Assembly (NCBI GenBank): GCA_951406725.2
Contig: OX597818.1
Span: forward strand, 103,230,001-103,294,000
Origin: Octopus vulgaris
Taxonomy: Eukaryota
DNA: 64,000 nucleotides
Direction of reading: 5' to 3'
The position numbers were made by a program, and so were the translations under genes. Under the pieces are notes generated by a model. That model was not told the origin of the DNA and ran no database searches. It was given only the letters and a program-made list of their open reading frames with translations. This document shows, piece by piece, positions 53,355-64,000 of the stretch. Each line of letters starts with the position of its first letter. Position 1 is the first letter of the stretch.

Positions 53355-54100
53355 AGAGCTGGCAAAATCGTTAGCACGCCGGGCGAAATTCTTTGTGGTA
53401 TTTCGTCTCTGCGTTCTGATTTCAAGTTCCGCCGAGGTCGACTTTACCTTTCATCCTTTCGGGTTCGATAAATTAAATACCAGTTGCTTACTGGAATCGA
53501 TCTAATCGACTGGCCTCATCTCACCAAATTTCGGGCCTTGTACCTAGAGTAGAAAAAAATATGAGAGTATTTTCTTCAAGAAGCAGGGAGTTGGTTGAAT
53601 GGTTACCGTGTCGGGAAAAATGCTTAGCGGATTTCCTTCCGACTTTATGTCATGCGTTTAGATGCCGCGGGGTTTGACTTTGCCTTTCATTCTTCCGGAG
53701 TCTACTTTGCTTTTCATCCTTTCGTTTCCGATAAAATAAGTACCAGTTGAAAAATGGAGTCGATGTAATTAACTTATATCCTTCCCACAATTTGCAGGCC
53801 TTGAGCGAAAATGTGAAACAATTATGAGAGTTTGTTCTTAGCACACTGAACAAAATCTTCAGCGGTATTATGCCGTTACATATATTTTAAGGTACTGCAA
53901 CAATGGTTTCAAACTTTGATACAAGGCTTGCAAACTTCGTGGGATGACGTCAGTTGAATTCAGTGGTTCCTGTGCTAAGCTGGCATTTATTCCATCGACC
54001 GTAGGCACATAATAGGTTAATCTGATCCCAGCGGAACTTGATCTCAGAACGTAAGAAGTGAGAAGAAATACTACAAACTGTTTTCTGATTCTGCCATTAA
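53355..54100. mobile_element. Cluster of degenerate SINE family B copies, both strands
   Basis: Family B motifs at 53355 (+), 53580 (+) and 53900-54100 (-). Confidence 0.7.
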
Positions 54101-55000
54101 ATACCGATGGCAGAAACGCCAGGATGCCAGGCAAAATACTTAGCAGTATTTCATCCGTCTTCATGATCTGACATTTATATATACCGATGGCAGAATCGTT
54201 AGGACACCGGAAAAAATGCTTAGCAGGTTTTGTCCGCCTTTACGATGTGAGTTCTCATTCCGTTGAGGCCGACATTTATATATATCGATGACAGAATCGT
54301 TAAGATACCGGACAAAATGCTTAGCTGCATTTCATCCGTCTTTAGTATCCTACTTCACATTCCGCCGAGGCCAACGTTTTTATATACCGATGGCAGATTC
54401 GTTAATACGCCGGACAAAATGCTTAGCAGTTTTTGTCCGCCTTTACGATGTGAGTTCTCATTCTGTTGAGGGCGACTTTTATAGATACCGGTGGCAGAAT
54501 CGTTAAGACACCGGACAAAATGCTTAGCGGCATTTCATCCGTCTTTTCTATCCTATTTCACATTCCGCTGAGGCCGACCTTTTTAAATAGCGATGACAGA
54601 ATCGTTAGGACGCCGGACAGAATGCTTAGCGGCATTTCATCCGTCTTTACTATCCTATTTCACATTCCGCTGAGGCCGACCTTTTTAAATAGCGATGACA
54701 GAATCGTTAGGACGCCGGACAGAATGCTTAGCGGCATTTCATCCGTCTTTACTATCCTATTTCACATTCCGCTGAGGCCGACTTTTTTTAAATAGCGATG
54801 ACAGAATCGTTTGGACCCCGGGCAGAATTCTTAGTGGCTTTTGTCCGTCTTTACGATCTGAGTTTAAATTTCGCTGAGGTCGACTTTGCCTTTCATCCTT
54901 TCGCGCCGATAAAGTAAGTAAAACTTCAACAGAGGGAATCGATGATATCGACTAACCCTTCCGCTTAAAGTGCCAGCTTTTTGCCAAAATGTATAACCAA
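54101..55000 (+). repeat. ~102-bp tandem array (8 units) of the SINE-B head, last unit continuing into the SINE body
   Basis: Unit starts at 54101, 54181, 54282, 54384, 54485, 54587, 54689 and 54792. Confidence 0.9.
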
Positions 55001-56226
55001 AATTTTTTGATATCCGAATTACCCGCACATATTTTTCAGTTCAGAATTTGGTGTGTTTTAGAAAGAGGAGAGAGAAGTGACTTCGGAGAAGACATCTAAT
55101 TTACCTATTCTTTAGTTCGAGAATTCATAGTCAACGCACTTAATACCCTGTATCAGATAAGCCATATTTAAATTTTTGTCGGAATATGTTTTAAATACAT
55201 ATAACTCTTTAAAGCGTTAACTTTGATGTTGTGAGAACGCAAGAAATCAATATCTGTATATGTGCGCGTGTGTATAATTACACAGCTATATATATATATG
55301 TGTGTGTGTGTGTGCGTGTGTGTGTGTGTGTGAGTGTGTGTATATGTGTGTGTGTGTATGTGTATCTGCAGATATATAAGTATTCATATACGTATGTATA
55401 TTCTGACATGCCACAATATGTTTTGTACATATCTATGCATAGCTAAATTATGAGTGTGCGTACACAAATAAGTCCTGCGTATATATGAGTGTGTGTGTAT
55501 TCGCTCGTGTGTGTATGTGTGTGAGTGAGTGTGGTGTGTTCATGTTTTATATAATAGTTTTATTGATCAACGGACTGTTTAAACTTTCCCAGAAGTGAGA
55601 TAAATAATTCTAATCTTTCCACTACCTGCTTCTGAGTTGCATAGTTCTCGAAACTTCTAGATGGTTCTGATAAATAAAAGGTTCACCTTAACATTATGTC
55701 ATAACCTAAAGGTTATGCGAATTAAAATGTTTATGATATCCGCTGAGCGTCTCAAGTATTTTCTTCGACGTTTTATACTGTGATTCGAATTTCAAACCAT
55801 TCCGGTTCTCGCATAATAATCGCAATGCCTTGCTACTTTCCATCTCTACATTCTCGATCTATAACCGCTCTCTGTTTCTATCTCTCTCTCCTCCTCTGTC
55901 TTTTTGTCACCCCTCCTTATTTCTTTCTTTCTCTCTCTCTCTCTCTCTCTCTCTTGATATATATATATCTTCTCTTACAATCACTTTATACTCCATAACC
56001 TATTTCATATTCAATACATTGTTTGTAAGTGTGTACGAATATATAGATTCCAGAAGTATTTGCTCCCTCTCGAAACACCAGTTGTCGACGTTACCCTAAA
56101 CAAATTGCACTTTCTTCTGCTCAAACGGGACCCTCACTAAATTATATAAAAAATGAATTTCTCTTTCCTCACTTCTTTCAAAGGTTCAGCGCATAAAATT
56201 GTTAGTGAACTCTCAATTCTATATGA

Positions 56227-56453
56227 CTCTTTTGTCTTTAATCTCTTATTTGTTTCAGTCATTTGACTGCGACCATGCTGGAGCACCGCCTTTAGTCGAG
56301 CAAAACGACCCCAGGACTTATTCTTTGGAAGCCTAGTACTTATTCTATCGGTCAATTTTGCCGAACCGCTCAGTTACGGGGACGTAAACACACCGCCATT
56401 GGTTGTCAAGCGATTTTTTTTTTGGGGGGGCAAACACAGACACACAAACATAT

Positions 56454-56492
<39 letters not shown>

Positions 56493-56657
56493 CGACGGGC
56501 TTCTTTCAGATTCCGCCTACTAAATCCACTCACAAGGCTTTGGTCGACCCGGGGCTATAGTAGAAGACACCTGCCCAATGTGCCACGCAGTGAGAATGAA
56601 CCCGGAACCATGTGGTTGGTAACCAAGCTACTTATCACACAGCCACTCTTGCGCCTA
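56227..56657 (-). mobile_element. SINE family A, full length
   Basis: Reverse complement of the 19501 copy. Confidence 0.9.
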
Positions 56658-56662
56658 TTGTG

Positions 56663-56784
56663 ACGCTTACAGCACCTAGGTTTCCCAAGCGGTTACCCAT
56701 CTAAGTACTAACTAGGCTCGACGTTTTCTTAACTTCGGAGTTCGGACAGGAACCAGTTCTTTCAACGTGATATGGCGTTTGAAC
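56663..56784 (-). pseudogene. 5S rRNA: 5S rRNA pseudogene / divergent copy
   Basis: Minus strand: ...GCCATATCACGTTGAAA...CCGAAGTTAAG.AACGTCGAGCCTAGTTAGTACTTAGATGGGTAACCGCTTGGGAAACCTAGGTGCTGTAAGC; single copy, several substitutions, no T-run terminator. Confidence 0.88.
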
Positions 56785-57344
56785 TTTTGTTACTTTCCAT
56801 CATCGTGTAAACTATTGAATATTGGAATTCGAACGAATATTTCATCTTTTAAGCATTTTTTCGAATTTTTTTTTCTACCTTCAACTTTTTTTTTTGTTTA
56901 CCTTTCAAAAAACACAAAATATTAACACAACATCCATAACACATATGTACATCGTTTAATCGCCAGACGTTACGATTTTCCGTGCTGAAAATTTCTTTTT
57001 GCCGTGTTAAATATCACAATATACTTCAGAGTTAGCCGAAACGAAATTGATCGGAGTGGGTCATGAGTGAGATAGTGGCGAATGTCATGTATTTCGTGTC
57101 ACTTCTGAAACAAGTACAAATTCGTTTATGTGGCGCCTTTTTGTTCCGCTTAGCCCTGAAGTATGCTGTATTTTTAACGCTATATGCTTTTAAACCTTCT
57201 GGTTTGTAAGCAACACATGTACGTTAGATATGTTGTATTAATATTTTTTCTTATTCAGTTGATATTGTTGCATAATCCGAACTTGATTGCTTGTATGTAT
57301 GTATGTATGCATGTATTTATGTATATATGTATGTTTGTATGTAT

Positions 57345-57715
57345 TGTCAGGTCACTTTCGAGTGCTACTGGTAACATGTAACTCAGTACCACCTGTTGCA
57401 TTGTCAGGTCGTCGGCGACTAAAACGGCAACCCCACCAAGCTTGCTTGATGAGGAGGGTGTTTATTGGACACCCTGCGGGATGAAAAACAAAACCTGTCA
57501 AAGGGCGGAGGAACTGTTGAGAGTCAACGGCCATCCAATAAATGTCTTAAGGATGGATCATGCGCGGGGACATAGAAATAATCGAACTGAATACCCGATC
57601 GCGCGGTTAAACCATTGAGAGTGAATGACTCCTAGCCTTTGTTAGGGCATCCTTCTAGGAGAGGTAACTCAGCTGAGAATCCCAGCTGATACGATCATCG
57701 GAACGGCTTTCTCAG
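57345..57715 (+). mobile_element. GC-rich repeat resembling an RTE-clade LINE 5' UTR
   Basis: gtcgtcggcgactaaaa and cctagcc...ggcatccttctaggagaggtaactc motifs; no ORF. Confidence 0.4.
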
Positions 57716-57963
57716 GAAATTAACGTGCAAGTGGCTGAGCACTCCACAGGCACGTGAAACCATCACGTAGTTCTCAGGGTGAACACAGATTGTGACAAAG
57801 CTGGCCATTTGAAATACAGGTACTTCTTATTTTTGCCAATTGGGTGGAATGGAGCAACGTGAAATAAAGCGTCTTGCTCAAGGACACGACGCTTCGCCGG
57901 GAAATGAACTCGCGACCTTACGATCGAAAGCCGAATGCCCTTACCAGTAAGCCACGCGCCTTC
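57715..57963 (-). mobile_element. SINE family D
   Basis: Head aaggcgcgtggcttactggtaagggcattcgg...gagttc on the minus strand. Confidence 0.8.
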
Positions 57964-60317
57964 AGATGTATGTATGTAAGTATATATAAAGAATCCATTT
58001 AAAGGAAATGAATATTTGTCACTCATGCTTTGAATGTACAGTTTATCGGTTTAATCCTATATTTAAGAATATGAATTTTTGAATTTAAACTTGTGTTCTG
58101 CATAGTATTCGTTAAGTGTTATGATGCAAAATGTTTTGTTCCATTTCCTCGCAGCATGTTTCTTCGCAAAAGAAATCGTGCTGAGAGAACAAACATATAT
58201 ATTAAACAAATATTCTGTTCTCTTATTGGGAAATGTTTGCTCTATTGAAATGGTAAAAGAAGTATTCTCTGAGAACACTTCTCACCTTTCAAACAGTATG
58301 CGGTCTATTTAATGATTTCTTTTGAGAAAGCGAACGAGTGTTGCTCATATAATGTATATTGAAACAACGAATATATAACCGGTATATATTTATAGACCAC
58401 TCAAATAACTGGAAGAGAAATAAAGGAATTGAAAAACCCCGTCATAGAACTCCACACTTAGCTTCTTGTTGCACACATGACGGGTTTCTTTCTTCTATAA
58501 TGTGCATAAATAGAGGAGTGCGTGTCGTTATTATAAAGATGATTCGAAATACTGATATTTTCTCTTCAGATATTGCTTATTTTCAAATATCTCATTCTTA
58601 ATGATTGTTAGAGGAACAAGTATGAAAATCTCTCTCATACCCTTTATTTAGATATTAATAAGTATCATACTACTGCTCTTGGCTCCGGAACTAATACTGA
58701 TGGCTGCATGAGATACTGCGCCATGTTAGAATTATTAGTTAATTTCCCTTATCTCATTCTCTATTATAGTTAACAACAAAATAACACGCTGTGCAACGTT
58801 GTAATTGTTATACGAAATTCATGGTTGGTTACAACTGCAAAGCCTTTAATCAGAAATCTCCTTGATTACGTCTGAACTATGACTAAACAAGTCGAACAGC
58901 ATCAACAACAAAACAGATTTTTTAAAGACAACATTTCATGTCGGCAAAAGAAAAACTGGTATTCACTTTAGCTTCACAGTTTGAGATTTCTTAATCGTTA
59001 TTGCGTATAAATTGATATTCTCTTGACAATCTCTTACAATAAATGCCTTTGAACATGCTTGTTGTTAAAAAGCATTGAAAGTGTCTCAGAAAATAAGATA
59101 TGACTATCTGTATGTAAACAACAGAGCTTAATATTTGTGCGCTTTTATATTATGTGTTAATGAGACTTAGTTAAAATAGTACAGGGTGTTCCCACCAAAT
59201 TCATATTCTGGAATAAGTATATTGTTATCAACCAAGACATCTACATAGCTAACATATGTACTATGCGTGATATCTGTAACTAGTAACTAATCGGATAACA
59301 ATAATTTGACAATATTTAGTAGGGAGCAAAACTATAGGGAAATGAACACCAGTTTCCAACCAGGAAACCTGAGATAAGCATCTGAGATAAGCCATTCTGT
59401 CACAAGAAAATGCCATAGACTCTTTTGGCTGTCGTGAAGATTATTATATAGTATGGAGGATATCACTCCAGCCCTAAAACAAAAAAAAATGCACACACAA
59501 ACACACATATATATTCATCGCTTTTTTTCTTCATATACATTGTGAAACTTACCAAATGAATTATTTGGAATATATTGCAATGAAAATGTCCAGAGGTTGA
59601 ACAAGATATAAAAGCAAAATTTTTACTTGGTCTCCATTAGAGAATATCACAATATTGTGTATGCTTGGATTTTTTTTAAATAGGAAGATTTTTGATTTAG
59701 CTAGTGAACAATACTTTTATATTCAGGTAGCATGAAAAAATGTTTTTCGGAAAAGTTGTTACGAAAGTTTTAATCGAAATAAAACTGCCGCAGTGTATTT
59801 TCATCCTTATCTAGTCTGTCAACCATGATGAGAACAAGATTATTAACAATCACGAGACACTGAAATGGAACAAAATCTCTCTAGCTTTTAAGATTAAATC
59901 TAGAGATATAACATGATTCATTTTTTATTCGGGAAAATCCACATCCGGCAATTTTCTCGGCCTAGTAGCTACGCGAAAACATAAACGCATCACGTTTACT
60001 CTGATTTACAAATAACTCAAGTACATTTATATATACGAAAATAATTATACACACATACATATATTTTTTTATATACATATGTAAACCTATACACAGGCAG
60101 ATATACATACATAGGGATAAGATTTAGATATTAGTATATATATATATACATGTGTGTGTGTGTGTGTGTATAGATTATATATTTATGTATGTGTGTGTTT
60201 GTGTGTGTATATATGTATACATATACATATACATCTATGCATTCGTATATATATATACACAATCATATCTATCAGCATATAAAAAAACTGAGGTTCAGTA
60301 AATAGTATTACATACAG

Positions 60318-60415
60318 AAATATAAGAGGGAATTCTCACCACTATGTGGAAACTCTTATGCGGATCTTCTTCTAGCATAAGGGTTTCCACATAGTGGTAA
60401 AAATCTCCCTTATAT

Positions 60416-60417
<2 letters not shown>
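60318..60417. repeat. ~100-bp hairpin inverted repeat next to (TA)n
   Basis: accactatgtggaaactcttatgc / gcataagggtttccacatagtggt with a 13-nt loop. Confidence 0.85.
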
Positions 60418-60461
<44 letters not shown>

Positions 60462-60714
60462 CACAAACACATAAATATATAATTTTACTAATATTTCATT
60501 ATAAATATGATAATGGTACGTGTAGGAGAACACACATATGCACGCTGGCGTATTACTAACTGTACATATGACTGGGTTGGGTACACGCGTGTATGCCTTT
60601 GTGTGTATGCCTTTGTGTTTACATTCGTATTCCCGGTTTGACAATTGGATTTGGTTTCATGCCGCTCCCACATCTAAGCGATTAAGTTAAATGGATGCAA
60701 TTAAATATGTAAAA

Positions 60715-60972
60715 TAAATAATAAATGTGCCCTTTTAAATCCCAGCCAGGCTCATGGGCCCGGTTTCCCGGTTTCTATGGCGTATGTGCTCCCCAGCTAG
60801 ACGGGACGCCAGTCCATCCCAGTGTCACTCATTTTTGCCAGCTGAGTGGACTGGAGCAACGTGAAATGAAGTGTTTTGCTCAAGAACACAACGCTTCGTC
60901 CGGTCGAGGATTCGAAACCACAATCTTACGATCATGGTACTGACACCCTAACCACTAAGTCACGCGCCTCCA
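60715..60972 (-). mobile_element. SINE family D-related (different 3' tail)
   Basis: Head gaggcgcgtgacttagtggttaggg...ggtttcgaatcc; (TTA) tail. Confidence 0.8.
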
Positions 60973-61162
60973 CAATTGAATATGTACAAGAGTTAAAAGC
61001 CAATACTAGGGAAAATGCTTTGGGTCTAACCACAAAAAACAGAATTCCAGTATGGCCTACGCTCCAAAGATTTAAACAAGTATTAGAGTAAATGTGAGTA
61101 CAATAAAGACCATATGGAAACTTGAATGGACTTTAAGAGTCATTAAATAATTTGATGTATAC

Positions 61163-61365
61163 ATGTGTGTGTTTGTGCCCCAGCATCGCTTGACAACCGA
61201 TGGTGGTATGTTTGCGTCCCCGTAACTTTGCGGTTCTGCAAAAGTGACCGACAAGATAAGTACTAGGCTTCCAAAGAATAAGTCCTGGGGTCGATTTGCT
61301 CGACTAAAGGCGGTGCTCCATCATGGCTGCAGTCAACTGACTGAAACAAATAAAAGAGTAAAAGA
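61163..61365 (+). mobile_element. SINE family A 3' half
   Basis: catcgcttgacaaccg...taaaagag tail. Confidence 0.8.
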
Positions 61366-61759
61366 GGTCAAGGGTAAAGAGAGCATACGTCTGCGCTCGT
61401 ACTTCTAGATTTACTCCTCCCTTGCTGTGTAGTAAGAAGTTCATTGTCCTCTTAAATGAGTTAACAACAAAGAGTGGAGAAATACTTTTTGTGGCCTAAT
61501 AAAATGGATCGTTTACAGATCGTGTCAGTCAAACTGTTTTGAAAGACAGCCTGCAGCATTAGTCGCCATCGTTGTTGCAATTATTTGTACTTCCTTTTAC
61601 AGTAGTAGTAGTAGTAGTTGTAATAGTATCAGCAATAGCATAGGCTGTAGAATTTGTTGCTGAAGTTACTGTAGCCATATTGTTCTTGTTGCTGTAACTC
61701 TCAATGTTATGCATAAGATAGCAAGATTTAGTACTACGACCAACATCGTCGTCCTAGTA

Positions 61760-61823
61760 CCACATTATCATCATGTTCATAATAGTCATTATCATCAAAA
61801 TCAGCATCAAAATCATCACCATC

Positions 61824-61860
<37 letters not shown>

Positions 61861-62222
61861 CAAACATCATCATAAACATCATCATCCTCATCATCGTCAT
61901 CAGCATCAGCATCCTCATCATCATCCTCATCATCATCGTCATCATCATCATATTGTCGTCGTCATCATCATCATCAACATCCTCCTCCTCCTCCTCATCA
62001 TCATCATCGGCCTCATCATCATCATTATCGTCCTCATCTTCATCATCATCATCATCATCATCGTCATCGTCGTCGTAATCAGCATCACCATCCTCATCAT
62101 CATCGTAATCATCATCATCGTCATCATCATCATCGTCGTCATCATCATCATCATCATCATCGTTGTCGTCGTCCTCCTCCTCCTCATATCATCATCGTTC
62201 TCATTATCATCATCATCATCGT
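61760..62222. repeat. (CAT/CCT/CGT)n compound microsatellite
   Basis: Direct inspection. Confidence 0.95.
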
Positions 62223-62734
62223 GGATCATTGTATATTGTTAACTAACAGCGATTAGGAAAGTAGTGCCGTCCACTTGGAATTTGCCTTCCATTTTTTTTA
62301 TGCTGTCTTTTTACAGGAATAAATTCTTGCAGCGCAATTCTTCTTCCTGGTTTTCAATGTAAATGTGTAAAGATTTCAGCTTCAATCACTACTTGTTGTC
62401 ATCTTGCGTCTCTTCCTTTGATATTCTGTTTGCCATTTTGAAAATTATTTTGGAGAATATTGAGATTGTTTCATCTACCGCTATGGTGAGATCTTCCTTC
62501 AGCTGTTTCTGACAAAGTTTCGCAAAGTCTTTGAATTTCGCAAATGGTCATTCGGCAGTAATAAGCAATCAGTCAGAAGACACATATTTCTTTGAAAACG
62601 CGTAATGGGGTCGAAAGCCTTTTGTTACAAAAAAGTGGAGCAAAAGCATTTTTCCCTAAATTTATCTTGGAAGTATTTTCAAAATGGCGCTATGTGAAAA
62701 GTGACAGTTCAGAGAAGACAACAAGAAAAGCGTA

Positions 62735-62868
62735 GTAACAATAACATCAATAGCAATAACGATGATGATGATGATGACAACAACAGCAACAACGACAACA
62801 ACAGCAATAATAATAAAAAAAATAAAGCAATAATAATTAAAGCAATAATAATAATAATAATAATGATA

Positions 62869-62943
<75 letters not shown>

Positions 62944-63050
62944 GCAATAATAATAAAAATAATAATAATGTTAATAATAATAAGAAAAGCAATAATAATA
63001 ATAATAATAATATTAATTATAATAAGAAAAGCAAAAATTATAATAATAGT
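62735..63050. repeat. (AAT/AAC/GAT)n compound microsatellite
   Basis: Direct inspection. Confidence 0.95.
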
Positions 63051-64000
63051 GAGAAGATAAAGAGGAAGAATTTCAGAAATATTTGTATATTTCGTGAATA
63101 GGGTCTATTATACATAAGCTATTCAAGCGAATAATACATGAAACATTAAAATTAAGTAGCATCGAAAAATGTGGGGCAAGAAAACAATCTTATATATAAA
63201 GGTTGTTAAACAATCGATGTCAGAATAAGTCGAGAGATTCAGGAAGAAATATTCAAATAATGCCTTGGAATAATCAAAGAAATATAATAACATCCAAGAC
63301 AGGTAAGAACAAATCGCTTTCATTAAAATTCTAAACTAGAAAAAAGGTCTTTGAACTGCCCTTTTTTTTTAGGCAGAGAAAGATTTGATTCAATTCACCG
63401 GAGATGAGTTTCTCTTGCCAGCAGAGAATGTTGGTATTTACATATGGGAACGACTTGCCTCGTAATTTTGAATTGGCTGTGTTATTTCTTTGAGGGATTT
63501 GACTTTGAAATGTCTTATATTAATCGTTTGAAAATATCCGTATTAAAAAATCTCTGCCTCTAGTTAACCCACTAATCACAAGTAAATGGTGGGATATTGC
63601 TAACTAGGAGCTTTCGTACAGTTAACATCCTCTACACTACGTTGGGATCATCCAAACGCAAATATAGTATTAAGGGGTCATTTAGCAACATCCCCGGAAG
63701 GCAGCTAAGTCATGTGTTGATGTTTGGCCTCAGTATTCCATTAATGTACACATATAATTCTGCTGATATACAAAACACATTTGTTTGAACCAAATTGAGA
63801 CTTTATTGCCAAAAATATACAAACTCAATGAGATGTAATATAATCATTCAATATTTATAAAGGAAAATCAGTTTGAAATAAGTGAGTCCACTTGATCAGT
63901 TGCTTTTATATATAAAAAATATTAATAGAATCAGTTTTTCCTGTTATTTGTACACGTTTGACTAAATGTTGTAATAACCTTACATATTATTTATGGGGCA

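Noticed and set aside
54101-54900. CRISPR-like array or repeat protein (ORF 54466-54795)
   Set aside because: Units are contiguous with no unique spacers, derive from a SINE head, and there are no cas genes; eukaryotic context
58063-58278. hAT dimerisation-like motif (SIEQTF)
   Set aside because: Too little similarity to support a call
62680-62692. YY1-like AAAATGGCG as a promoter mark
   Set aside because: Single short motif with no downstream gene evidence
61709-63060. His-rich, Met-rich and Ile-rich ORFs
   Set aside because: Translations of (CAT)n and (AAT)n tracts

Overview
Very AT-rich, microsatellite-saturated animal non-coding DNA. The SINE repertoire and the 5S sequence point to a cephalopod (Octopus-like); this is an inference. 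I can support no intact host protein-coding gene, and almost all ORF-track entries are translations of microsatellites or SINEs. The only long coding sequence is a frameshifted Penelope-like element (PLE; RT + Cys linker + GIY-YIG, ~11.56-13.96 kb, +) bracketed by inverted pseudo-LTR copies. Other content: four tRNA-type SINE families in many copies, fossil R4/Dong-type and CR1/L2 LINE pieces, Helitron ends, a 5S rRNA pseudogene and a SINE-derived ~102-bp tandem array. The most interesting signal is RNA structure. At least ten minimal hammerhead-ribozyme (HHR)-like motifs with palindromic helix III occur here. Several sit in non-coding fold-back elements that carry an HHR in each polarity (26.47-26.80 kb, 20.18-20.31 kb, 52.86-53.15 kb, 19.23-19.38 kb). 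The PLE's inverted 5' repeat stops exactly at the predicted HHR cleavage site. Three divergent HHR elements also share a conserved upstream structured motif with twister-like topology on the opposite strand. All ribozyme calls are by eye and untested.
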